This document shows, one piece after another, positions 1 to 11,807 of a stretch of 64,000 nucleotides of DNA. Numbering within the stretch: position 1 is the first letter of the stretch; each line of letters opens with the position of its first letter. The notes below the pieces were generated by a model that was not told where the DNA came from, did not search any database, and worked only from the letters and a program-made list of their open reading frames with translations. Source of the stretch: Octopus vulgaris (lineage: Eukaryota); contig OX597832.1 in NCBI GenBank assembly GCA_951406725.2, positions 5,022,001-5,086,000 of the forward strand. The letters run 5' to 3'. A program made the translations under genes and the position numbers.

Positions 1-1464
1 GTATGTATATATAATATATCTGTATGCGCTTATGTATGTATGTGTATATTTGTACTTGTATGTATGTGAATTTCTTGCCCGTATATAAGTATGAATACAT
101 ATGCGTATATGAGTGTATTACTCATCTGTTTAATTATCTATTTACACTTATATATCTAAATGTATGTATGTGTGTGCGTATATGCACAAATCTATGTGTG
201 CAAATTCCTATTTGATTATCATCTGTACTATTCACAATTTTACAAATATGTATAAGTGTATGCATGTGTGTATGTGTGCATATGTGTGTGTGCAAGAACT
301 GATATGTGTATATTTGTGTATGTATGGACATAAAAATATGCCATTCTGATCAATAAGCTTTCATTTAACTAATTATCTTTTTAGTGTGCATATGTGTGTA
401 TGAGCATTAATATGTGTATCTTCATGTATGTATATGTACATACATACATATATATGTCATCATCATCGTTTAACGTCTGCTTTCCATGCTACATGGGTTG
501 GACGATTTTGACTGAGGGCTGGCGAACCAGAGGGCTGCACCAGGCTTCAATCTTGATCTGGCAAAGTTTCGACAGCTGGATGCCCTTCCTAACACCAACC
601 ACTCCGAGAGTGTAGTGGGTGCTTTTTACATGCCACCAGCACGGGGGCCAGTCAGGTGGTACTGGCAACGACCTCGCTTGAATCTTTTTACACATGCCAC
701 CAGCACAGGTGCCAGTAAGGCGATGCTGGTAACGATCATGCTCAAATGGTGCCTTTTACATGCCACCGGCATGGAGGCCAGATAGCCGCTCTGGCAACGA
801 TCACACTACCATTCAAATCAATAAGTTACCATTTAACAAATTATCTGTTTCATTATTCACTTAAACTTACATTTACAACCAATTATTTTTGTGTGCACTC
901 TCATGAGCTTATATTAATATTCTCACATTTATATAAATATAATTTATAAACAAATTTATATGGAAAATCTTTACACATTTCTCTTCCCTCTTACATTATA
1001 CTAGTTTAAAATTGATAATAATAAAATATTAACCCATTATTCAAAATAAAAACCTAATAAACTGAGACCTATTCAAATTCACTCAAAATGCTATCTGCTT
1101 TGAAAAATATATTTGAAATTCCACTGACCAATCGAATTTAACTGATCTAAAGGGATCTATATCACTTTCTTCTTAGGTGTGATGAATGATTAATAGTGTA
1201 AATATATTTATGTGTGTGTATCTAAGTGAATATTTGTGTGCATATATGTGTTTATATGTATGTGTACACACATGTATATGAGTATGTATATGTACGTATA
1301 TATACATATATGCGTGTATGTGTATATGTGTGTGTGTGCATTTTTATATATATGGATGTGCATGTATATATGCACATTTATGTGTGTGAGAGTGGCTGTA
1401 CATATTTGTACATGAAACGTAAGTCAGTGTGAATACTGATCAATGCTTTTTTGTATATGTATAC

Positions 1465-1510
<46 letters not shown>

Positions 1511-2271
1511 ATTAGGTGCAAGTATGCATATGTGTGATGATTTATTGTGTATATACGATGGTATATATATATATGTGTACTAAATTAACAGATGATCACA
1601 CGATATCAAATATGAGTGTCTTTTTATATAGAGATAAATTTTCTCAATTTTGTATATAACCTACAAATGTAACCTAATTCCTCATCTCATTCATATTGTA
1701 CTTTATTAACATTATAATTTACTCTTTAATCTCTATTTATTTACTCTTCATTACCCTAATTATATTTGCATATAATATCTTACCCACAACAAATCTGTAA
1801 TCCCCTTGTGCACATATATATGTGCGCATTCATGTCTGTATTGGCAAACTATACAACCATAGTTACATGTATATAAATGCAACTGTGCATAAATTTATAC
1901 TCATATCAATGCATACATACATACATACATACATACATACATAATTACATACATATATATATATATTTTTACATGTGCCCATACATGCACACACACACAT
2001 GTGTGCACATGTGTCTGTGCTGGCAATCCATACACACAGAGTCATATGTATATATATGTACATATACACATACATACATGTATATTAAATTAATAGAGAA
2101 AAGGTATAAATATATAAATATAAAAATACCGGAGTAAACACATAAATGTGAAACAAGGTGGAAAAAAGAGTACTCAAATACCTTGCCATTACTGGTCAAT
2201 AACAGTATTATTCAGTCTGCCATGATGATTCAAATAACTAACACACAAAATATCAAAGGATATATATTTTC

Positions 2272-2354
2272 TCCCTCTGAAGAGATTAAGCTCAGAAATA
2301 TGATTTTAATATTCATTTAACTTCACTAAACTTAATTGAAACAGCTGTAAAGGA
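2272..2354 (+). ncRNA. Minimal type I hammerhead ribozyme (PLE pLTR-associated)
   Basis: tccct-CTGAAGA-gattaag...cttaatt-GAAA-cagct-GTA-aagga: intact core, 7-bp stem II, palindromic stem III ACAGCTGT, stem I 4/5 bp. Confidence 0.75.
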
Positions 2355-2585
2355 TAATGATAAATTTTTTTTACTGATAATAAACTCTTATTAACTTCAG
2401 TATCTCATTTGCATGATTATAAACCATGGTTTATATATAAACCTATTATTTTATGGATATTAATTCCTCCTCCCCACCCCAAAAAAAATTTGGTACTGAA
2501 CCAATATTTCCTTAGATGATACCATTCCTTCATGAGGCCAATATAACCTCTATTTGAATTTTATATATATACATACATACATACA

Positions 2586-2647
<62 letters not shown>

Positions 2648-2649
2648 GT

Positions 2650-3270
2650 AGTAACAGAAAAGAGGAATTTTGGTTGTCCCCACGTGGTGGATTGTAATGT
2701 ATATAAGAAAAATAAAAACGGAAAATACGCACACTTACATGGTTATAGTATAATTTTTAATGTATCGACCGGTTTCGCAATCGCTATTCATGATACAATG
2801 TTTAATTTATATGAAAATAGATTTTTTCTTAAGAAGAAAATGGGTCCATGTTGTTTATAATGAGATTCACGAGTGCATGATTTTACAAGTTGACAAGTAA
2901 AGGGATGTAATTGGTTGTTATTATTGTTATTGTTGTGTGTAGGAGAGATAACTGTTTAGGTTTTGGGTAGGGAAAAATATGTGTACAGAAAGGAGACAGG
3001 TTTAAAAAAAAAGGGGCCTTGTTTAGTAGGGGATTTATGTACAATGATGTAATATGTAAAAATATAAAAATTGGTTATGTGTGCTTATTCAGACGCGTTT
3101 TGTATTTTTCAATGAAAAAAGTTTCTTAATTTAAGCGTTCTAGTTGAGAGATTGTGTCTTTGCACTGGTAGAAAGGGAAGACTGTAAAATTTGGTTTGAT
3201 GTTACCTGCACATTTTTCTATGTGTTCACTAAGAGGGATTTGTCTGTATTGTGGGAAATTTGTCTGTATA
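2650..3270 (-). mobile_element. Penelope-like element 3' fragment (GIY-YIG C-terminus + pLTR)
   Basis: Minus frame 3270->3075 PQYRQIPLSEHIEKC...FTVFPFYQC...ERLN*ETFFIEKYKTRLN resembles a PLE endonuclease end; hammerhead downstream. Confidence 0.65.
2761..2797 (-). ncRNA. Minimal hammerhead ribozyme with A3-U8 core variant
   Basis: Minus strand tgtatc-ATGAATA-gc gatt gc-GAAA-ccg-GTC-gataca: perfect 6-bp stem I, palindromic stem III ACCGGT, GUC cleavage triplet. Lies 3' of a PLE GIY-YIG tail. Confidence 0.7.
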
Positions 3271-4111
3271 TGTTGCTGAGTCCTGTTGAAGCCATACATT
3301 ACATTTTTGATTCTCAGTTAGCTGCTCAACAAACTGATCAGTTATCTCACAATAATGTTCCAAATTCAAAGTTTCATGGGAAAAAAAAAGTCCTACTATT
3401 CTCTGCCTGCTGATAGCCATCCATACACCAATCTTCACTGCATGTAAGGGTGATACGGCAAATTCATGAGGATTGAGAGTACTCTTGATGCAAATGTTTT
3501 GCGAATATAGGTACCCCGATAAGTGAATCCAAGCTTTGTCACTGAAGGTCATGTCAAGTTGGCTGTCATCCATGTTTTCTTGAAACCATTTGCAGTAATT
3601 CAATCTTTTGGTAAAATCAAAAGGAATAAGTTCATGTAAAGAAGACACACAGTATGGGTACAATTTCAGCGATTTGCGAAGAGCAGTATGGCAGCTGCCA
3701 ACAGATAATATAGTTTCATGAGACAAACATCTCACAGATTTCCTGGGACTATGAAGAATTCGTTGACGGATAGCTTCCACAACATCATCAGAAAGGCAGG
3801 TATATTGGCGAATTTGTTTCTTGATTTCAACTGAGCCTGTCTTCCTAAACTTTTTAATCAGAACATTAATTGCCTGCTTTGTTGGCGGAGGCACATTTGG
3901 ATATTCACTCTTAAAATCGGCAATGCAATTGTCAAAGGAGTAAATCCATTGCCCATTGATAAATCATCCTGATTTAAAATAAGATTCCACAATGAATGAA
4001 CGTTGCTGTACTGATTACACCATCACAAGTCCAAAAGAAATCTTTTACACTTGTAAAAGGCTAAAATCAATTTGGCATAGTGAGCCAATATTTTGACAGT
4101 TAATCAACACC

Positions 4112-4117
<6 letters not shown>
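3270..4117 (-). mobile_element. Tc1/mariner-superfamily transposon, 3'-truncated, degenerate transposase
   Basis: Terminus TACAGGGTG at about 4117. N-terminus MV*SVQQRSFIVESYF; ORF 3229-3894 has KFRKTGSV, SPRKSVR, FSDKAWIHLSG, GVWMAIS, WLQQDSAT. Confidence 0.85.
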
Positions 4118-4151
<34 letters not shown>

Positions 4152-4991
4152 AAACATTATTATTTCTAAATCTCTGAACAAGAAACATTCAGTAACAGTA
4201 CTCTAAAATAAAGATTATCTATTTCTATAATACAGTCCTTGGATGAAAATTGTATGCGCATTTTGCTTTGACGGTTAATGGCAGCCAAACCAAGGCTAGG
4301 ATCGAGCTGAAAATTGGCAGGGATACTAAATGTGTGGTGAGGATGCGACCCGTGATGGTTAAAATGCACAAGCTATAAAGATGTGGTTGCTATGGCAAAA
4401 AGAGTGATTTTTTTATCGATTCAAGGGGGCTCAGAGCCCCTCTAGGTTTGTGTGATTGGTTTTTAATGCCCAGTGGCATGTACTGCAGGCTGTTGTGCTT
4501 AATAATCATACATTTTGTCACGAAATTCCGGTTACTAGGAAACGATTTTTCATTGTGAAAAAACGAGTGCTTTTTGCCCTCATTTTCTTTTTAATCTTTT
4601 TATAAAAGTGAAAGGATTTCGTCAATTTATTTCTGCTGTCCACTTACGATGGTGATTCAGTTGACTAGGAAAACTATACGTGATGAATATCCAATATCAA
4701 ACTATCTTAATCTTGCATTAAACTTTGGAAAGCTTTCCTTTACCTATTCTGAGTTATTTGAAAGGTGATGTTCCCTTCCCTCTCTTCTGATTGTTGATAC
4801 CTTTTTTTTTTTACCTTTGATACCGTTGTTTCACTTTAAGAGTGCTTCTTTTACCAGCCATTATGATATTTCGACTGCTGTCCACAGTAAATTCACATTC
4901 GTCACTGGATCTATGTTAGGAATCCCTCGGCACACATTGAGTAAATTCTAAATAATTGATACGGAGTACAGAGTACGCTGGAAACTTTATT

Positions 4992-5100
4992 TATCAGAAT
5001 GATCGTTTCGGCTTAATTCTACGCTGCTCTCTAGTGGGTGAGGAATGATATAATGAATTCCAATGTACCCCACATTGCAGAAATGCTTCATTAGGTGATA
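4992..5100 (-). ncRNA. Degenerate hammerhead motif
   Basis: tatcac-CTAATGA-agc...gcc-GAAA-cgatc-ATT-ctgata; G5A core mutation, imperfect stems. Confidence 0.4.
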
Positions 5101-5494
5101 CAACATGATTCAAGTTACATCAATGTATTTGAGATGTGACTACTACCAACATCATCTAGCTAAGCCTATGAGCAAAATGCCACTTATGTAACTTTGAATC
5201 TTTGTGGATCTTAAAATGTTTCTTGAGGCCAGATTTGCAAACCTTATGCATACACAACATATGAGTTTGGAGGGTTATAGTATCCAGGCAGATACTGTGG
5301 TGGCTCTCGGTTAAGTTCCAGTTTATGGCTAACTACATCGATCAGTATTTAACGTCTGTGACTACCATTAGTTATCAGCCGCTCTGTGAATTCTTCTAAT
5401 GGGTAATTCTGTGTTCGTTTTGCTGGATGGTAATATTGTCAGGAGTATATATTAGCATTAATATATACAGTTATATATAGAGTCTCCGTACTCT

Positions 5495-5960
5495 TTATAA
5501 GAGTATGGAGACTTGTTCATCCTCAAAATAGATTTTCTCTTATTTTACAATTTCTTACATCATGTTATTATGATCTACACGTTTCTAACTGCACAAACAA
5601 CTGGTAACTGCACTATTATCTCAACCTTGACCTAAATAGACAGAACCCTGACATCGGACAGTGACTGGTGTGAATTTGAGGTCAACCACACAAGCCAGCA
5701 AATGGATCAGTTTTCAGTTCCAAAAATACCCCCTCCAAACATTAACTAACAAAAAAACTAACTCCACTCAGTTCGCTTTGAGACTGATCAGATAGATAAA
5801 CCCTGTAGAAGCTGCACCAATAATAGTGTCAGGTTGCATCTGCAACTGCCAGTAGTTTGTGCAGTGGAAACACAAGTAAGTCATAATAATATGCTATATA
5901 AAATCGTAAAATAAGAGAAAATATATTTTGAGGATGGACAAGTCTCCATACTCTTTATAA
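5495..5960. mobile_element. Inverted pLTR pair of a PLE relic, with degenerate hammerhead at 5799-5882 (+)
   Basis: Arms about 5495-5612 and 5840-5960 are reverse complements. Plus strand CTGTAGA-a-gctgcac...gtgcagt-g-GAAA-cacaa-GTA; the inverted copy reads GAAAcgtGTA on minus. Confidence 0.55.
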
Positions 5961-6154
5961 TTATTACTAATATATATATCAGTTGAATAAAGTTAAAACA
6001 TGGTCTGGTTTTCACATTTTTTATTAAATACCTTAATAAAAAAACATGGAAAGCAGACCATGTTTTAACTATATTCAACTGATATCTTATTCTATACACA
6101 TTTACACAAATTCTGAATATATATATATATATATATATATTAATTTTTAAATAT

Positions 6155-6417
6155 ATATTTATAAATATATAATTGTAATTAAGAGTGCTGGAATGCCAAT
6201 GCTGATATACTAGACGTAGATATCAAATGTCAACAATCCACTCAAAATTTGTTCTCTATTTACAAAATTTTGTAAATCTTGTTGCTCACTACCTCACATT
6301 CGGCCTTAAATAGAGAACAAATTTAGAGTAGATTGTAGACATTTGACATATACATCTAGCATTTAGGCATTGGCATTCCAGCACCCTTAATTACAAATAT
6401 ATTTTTATAGATATATA
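6155..6417. repeat. Inverted repeat, about 115-bp arms, about 35-bp spacer
   Basis: GTAATTAAGAGTGCTGGAATGCCAATGC...ATTTGTTCTCTATTTA mirrored by TAAATAGAGAACAAAT...GCATTGGCATTCCAGCACCCTTAATTAC; TA-repeat flanks. Confidence 0.85.
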
Positions 6418-6501
6418 CTTAATTAATTTTACTGATATGGTGGTTTTTTATATGCTGGCCACTGATATAATCATTTTAATGATTATATCTCCAGTTTATA
6501 A

Positions 6502-6538
<37 letters not shown>

Positions 6539-6742
6539 AATACTCACATATATATACACACACACACATACTTATTGACAAGCAAAGACATTCAGGCTAA
6601 ATAATGTTTTTGCTTGTCTTTTGTCAACCGTAATAGATGTGATAGAGTGAGGAGAGGGAGCTGGTCAGCAGTTTTATCACTTACACAGAAACATCTCAAC
6701 AATTTGTCTCATAGTACAAGTTGTCTGGTGACCAATAAATTA

Positions 6743-8056
6743 TCTCATCTGCATAAAGCCACCACATCAGAAGTAGAAAATAGCATTTTCTCAACAATTT
6801 GATACTTTGACTTATTAGTCTATCTGTCTCGATAGAGTTATATTTAGTCAGGATTTTTATGGTCATCGTACCTTCAGTTATCTAATTCGGATGCTTTTTT
6901 GAGCTATGCTCATGTTTAAATGTGTATTAATATATTTATATGTACTTCTGTATATGTATTACTCTTTTATTTGTTTCAGTCATTTGACTGCGGCTATGCT
7001 GGAGCACCGCCTTTAATCGAGCAACTCGACCCCGGGACTTATTCTTTTGTAAACCCAGTACTTATTCTATCGGTCTCTTTTTGCCGAATCGCTAAGTTAC
7101 GGGGACATAAACACACCAGCATCAGCTGTCAAGCAATGCTACGGGGACAAACACAGACACTCATACATATATATACATATATACGATGGGCTTCTTTCAG
7201 TTTCCATCTACCAAATCCACTCACAAGGCTTTGGTCGGCCCGAGGCTATAGTAGAAAACACTTGCCCAAAGTGCCACACAGTGGGACTGAACCCGGAACT
7301 ATGTGGTTGGTAAACAAGCTACTTACCACACAGCCACGCCTCATTATATGCCTATGTGAATATATATTTTTTATCTAAATCTGGCTCCTCAACTTGAAGT
7401 TTTACTGTATTACTGAAATGCATATACATATATATATATACATATACCGGCGCAGGAGTGGCTGTGTGGTAAGTAGCTTGCTTACAAACCACATGGTTCC
7501 GGGTTCAGTCCCACTGCGCGGCATCTTGGGCAAGTGTCTTCTGCTATAGCCTCGGGCCGACCAAAGCCTTGTGAGTGGATTTGGTAGACAGAAACTGAAA
7601 GAAGCCTGTCGTATATAGGTATATATATATATATGTGTGTGTGTATATGTTTGTCTGTGTTTGTCCCTCTAGTATTGCTTGACAACCGATGCTGGTGTGT
7701 TTACGTCCCCGTCACTTAGCGGTTCGGCAAAAGAGATCGATAGAATAAGTACTGGGCTTACAAAGAATAAGTCCCAGGGTCGATTTGCTCGACCAAAGGT
7801 GGTGCTCCAGCATGGCTGCAGTCAAATGACTGAAACAAGTAAAAGAGAAAAGAGTATACAGAAATACATATAAATATATTAATACACATTTAAACATGAG
7901 CATATCAGCACAAAAACGTATATGAATTAGATAACTGAGGATACGTATGACCATTGAAGACAGACTAATATGTAATGTATGTCAAAGTTCAAAGAATCAA
8001 ATTGTTGAGAAAATGCTATTTTCTACTTCTTATGTGATGGCTTTACACAGATAAGA
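6743..8056. repeat. Inverted duplication, about 600-bp arms, each containing a SINE plus about 200 bp of flank
   Basis: 6743-7341 mirrors 7449-8056, including non-SINE flanks (GAAGTAGAAAATAGCATTTTCTCAACAATTTGAT / ATCAAATTGTTGAGAAAATGCTATTTTCTACTTC). Confidence 0.85.
7449..7853 (+). mobile_element. tRNA-derived SINE, full-length copy (more than 12 further copies or fragments, e.g. 6960-7341-, 42136-42445-, 48329-48722-, 48889-49293+, 51705-52085-, 55538-55900+, 60020-60390-, 62650-63030-)
   Basis: A box TGGCTGTGTGG, B box GGTTCAGTCC, CORE-like TTGGGCAAGT, internal microsatellite, 3' GACTGAAACAAGTAAAAGAG tail; dispersed near-identical copies. Confidence 0.9.
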
Positions 8057-8139
8057 ATATAATTATATATATTATTCTGAAGACAATCATTTCTATGTAC
8101 TAAAAGGATTTCCAAATAAAACATATACTTCTTTTTAAT

Positions 8140-8220
8140 AGCTCTGAGGAAGATATAAGATACTGTGTAAGCACTCAGCTCTGAGTGCACTACTTGTGAT
8201 AGCAGAAACAGCTGTAACCT
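8140..8220 (+). ncRNA. Degenerate hammerhead motif
   Basis: agct-CTGAGGA...GAAA-cagct-GTA-acct; same palindromic stem III as the 2272 copy; stem II eroded; internal hairpin GCACTCAG/CTGAGTGC. Confidence 0.45.
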
Positions 8221-9436
8221 AATGTGGCTGATGAGATAGTTCCTGTTCCCTTGTCATTCAATAATCAATATATAATATCAAAAGACAAGGATCCTCATAA
8301 GGCTGACTTCCAAATTCTGTGGCATGTATATTCCTCCTCTGGACGGGACACTGATCTGTTGCAGGATTACTAATTTTTGTCAGCTGAGTGAACTGGAGCA
8401 ATGTGAAATGAAGTGCTTTACTCAAGAACACAACACATTACTCAATCCAGGAACCAAAGCATGAACTTACAATTATGAGTCCAGTACTCTGACCACAAAG
8501 CCACCAGCCTACACACAGACACACATATATACATCCTGGGCAATCTTCAACCATTCCATTTATATCCACATCCTTGTACCATGAGAATATGCCCTAGCAC
8601 ATCATCATCTCTCTTACTGTTGCTTTCGCTCTCCTTGTTTCTGACTGGGAGTAACCATGTTTCTTCTCTATGAAAAAACTACCTGTTTCTTTCCCTCTGT
8701 CATATCCTAACCTCTTATAAGCTAGCGCGAAGCCACCGCCTCCAATATCTTCACTTTCTCAAGAGATTTTTGTCTTGCATGTTACTTGGTGACTTGCTAG
8801 GGTTGGTACTACATAAAAAGCACCCAGAATCCTTTACATCTACTAAATAATTCATTTGGAATACCTAACTTACAAGATAATGAGCAATGTAGCTGAGAAA
8901 CATCAATCACTTCTCTATGATATAAGAACAAAGGGTTTTGCGATTGTGGGAGCTCACGCTGGCAGTTTAAGGCCTCTGTGAATAAAAGTTTCCGTGATTT
9001 AGAGAGGTTCTTAGTTATGAAGGGAGCTATAATGGTGATCAGAGGTGGCTGGCATACAAGTTGTCTCCATCAAGTAGGTAGTAAAAAAAAAAGAATTTAG
9101 TGATACTTGGCTGTCTGAGAATGAGGATGTCTCCATGATGTAAAGCAGAAGAAGGGTATTTAACTACCAAGGGAACTTAACCTTAATAGAGTAATAACAG
9201 TTAGACATAGGTGGTCAAGAGTGATGGAGAATAGATATACCCACCAGGCCCTTCCACACCTTCTACAAATGTGGAAATGAGTGTTGGGTGAAAAAGAGCC
9301 ATGTGCCAAGTGTAGAGTACTTGTGGAATAAGAATACCGAGAAAATATAATTAATCGAGATGAGGTTAATCACTGAATATTCAAAATTGAGGTGTCAAAA
9401 AATTGAGATTGAGTGGCTAGATATGTCCAACCAATA

Positions 9437-9655
9437 TTAACCATTTCATTACTGTATACTCTGGCTTTGTTTCAATTAATTTTTAAAATAATTAAGAATT
9501 TAGTAAAATAAGTTTGTCATTATTAAGCTGGTGCTTGGAAGTTAAATTAGCATGAAATTTTGATGGAAGATTTTAATTTAGATCACTTTGAAACAGGATA
9601 TTTGAGTCCTAGAACTAGAGGTTGTTTCAGGCAGGTTGGTAACAAAAAAGGTTAA
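9437..9655. mobile_element. piggyBac-type MITE (eroded)
   Basis: TTAA-CCATTTCATTAC...GGTAACAAAAAAGG-TTAA; internally similar to 19889-20117. Confidence 0.65.
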
Positions 9656-10496
9656 AGCATTGATGATAATGGTGGTGAAAGCATCCATATTTTAATTAAA
9701 ATATAGGAGTCTATGACTGTCTTGATGTTTACAACCTGGAACTACATGAATTGCTTCCAATTCCTAGGACTTCATAAAGTTTTTTGTGAAGAATATGATT
9801 TTATTAGTTCAATAATATTCAAAAGATATTTAAAGCTTTTGTAAATGCAATGTCTTCTGTTGCACACTTATAATTTCCTTGATTAAACACTGCCACTTAC
9901 ATCAAATTGCTTCTCAGTGTTAGATATAACAAGGTTTCCTCCTAAATTAAATCTGTAATTTGCAAATTTCACCTATTTTGTCATATATTAGGACGACCTC
10001 AGTTACTCTATTTCTCTGCTAATAATACAGTTACTCCATAAACAAGAGCTGTTAGCCAACAAGAATTATTTCCCTTCCTAGTGAAGGGAGACAACTTGCA
10101 CACGTCGTCTGCAATGACAGAGTGTTTCGTGTTGCAAGCATAGGTACGTTTAACTATTAAGGTAATTTATAATTCACCTCTTGTATAAAGACTGCATCTA
10201 CCAGCCTTAATTCTAATGTCTCTACAATTTCTCCAGACTTCAACATACTAACATTACAGGGACAATAATAGCAGCCAAAAGACTCGATACTTAATTCAAG
10301 GAATTATTCAAAAACATTTTAGGCTAAATCAATATCTAAAATATATCTTTGATTTGATCCTATTTTTAAATATTTTTCACTAAAATTACAAATAAAAAGT
10401 ATTTGAACTAATGATGAAATGGTAAAAAGAATAAACAGACTCATTATAAAAATATATTTCTTTAGTGAAATAGAAATAGCTATACTCAGCATTTTC

Positions 10497-10502
10497 TTTA
10501 TT
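10497..10502 (-). terminator. Candidate TAF9 poly(A) signal AATAAA (3'UTR about 0.9 kb)
   Basis: TTTATT on plus at the end of a repeat-free AT-rich stretch downstream of the stop. ATTAAA variants also occur closer, so the site is uncertain. Confidence 0.3.
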
Positions 10503-11411
10503 TAATTCAGAATAAAGTGGTCATAACTGAAATGCTTCTGAAATCAGTGTTGTAGCTGGTATAAAAAATATAAAAAGATATAAATTAAGATATTAACTGC
10601 CTTAACAGCTAATTCAGTAACCCAATTATCAACCCTGCTTACTTTCATTGCAATGAACTTGTATAGTTAGGTAAGTTAGTGAAGATCATTGCAGCAGTTT
10701 GTACTAAATATACAGTTAATGGAATTCAGAAAGAAAATTGTTAGTTCAATACACCAGAAGTCATATAGTTAAGTAGCACAAAAGTAAAGATTTTGGAAAA
10801 GAATTTTATGGTCACCTGAAGACTCAAAGAATTTTCAATTAATAAATGCTTTACAATACACTGAACTATTGGTACACAAATATAATTTTAAAAGTTTTAG
10901 TGCATATAGACATTTAACCAGTCTAGAACAGCTGATAATTTGAAAAAGTTGAAGGTTTTTATAAAAGAATTTAGCATCGTTTTGTCACTTATTATAGTTA
11001 AGCACTAAATACACTGAAATCTTAAATTTCAAAGATTAGAAAATATATAACAGGCTTGTGATAAGCCTTCAGGTTTTTTTTTTTTTAATTCAATGTCACA
11101 GGTCACTGTTTTTGACAAATTTTAGTTCCTTAGAATTTGATGAGATCTGTGTATCTATGTAATTTCCTTTTTGTATGTAGACATGCATGTGTATAGTTAT
11201 GTCTTCTCAAAACAAACTTTTGCGCAGATACACAAATGAAATGTAAAAATGAATTTTTAAAAAATTGCCCTCACTTTCACTTTATGTATCTGCATAAAAT
11301 GCTATTTAGAAATATGCAAACATATATTCTAGTTTCCCCGTCACTAAAAAGGAAATTTAATCTAAATTTTGTGTGTGGTGTACATGTATTTGAATGTATG
11401 TAAATGTAGTT

Positions 11412-11686
11412 TCAAACTTTATCATAATCATCATCAGGAAGCTTCCTTTTGAGAGGATTACTAACACCAGCAGTCGGAATGGTTGAACCAATTTGTGAAG
11501 TTTGTTGTGGATTAATGTTGATGGTTTGAGGAGTAACCAGAGAGGTACCACCAGTGGATATAATACTTGTGTTAGAAACAGCATTACTCCCAGTTACGTG
11601 GCAGCTAGTTGTATTCATTGTTACTTGGCTATGTTGGTTGCCAGTACCACTTTGGATGTTAGAATTGCTGGTTGCTGGTTTAGGAC
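11412..11686 (-). CDS. TAF9: TAF9 coding exon 6 (terminal)
   Basis: Polypyrimidine+CTAG acceptor; open frame ending NPLKRKLPDDDYDKV*, matching the TAF9 C-terminal KRK...DDDYD motif. Confidence 0.9.
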
Positions 11687-11807
11687 CTAGAAAGAAGAAG
11701 AAAAAAACTGTTATACTTGAAAGGATGTAGTTACAAATAAATCATAATTCTAATGTTATAATTAAAAATATCTATCATATGCAATAGAAGCAGTATTAAA
11801 TTATAAC

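Noticed and set aside
24-2199. Many 60-170 aa ORFs rich in Y/I/V/C/M/H/T (also 31771-32311, 40894-41267, 54954-55664, 62945-63247)
   Set aside because: Translations of (TA)n/(TG)n/(TATG)n microsatellites; no splice or homology support.
7449-7520. tRNA gene
   Set aside because: The A/B boxes belong to a SINE head; there is no cloverleaf and the body continues as a dispersed repeat.
10160-10245. Short minus-strand frame MLKSGEIVETLELRLVDAVFIQEV as an extra exon
   Set aside because: Resembles the start of a LINE AP endonuclease and ends in a stop; not host coding sequence.
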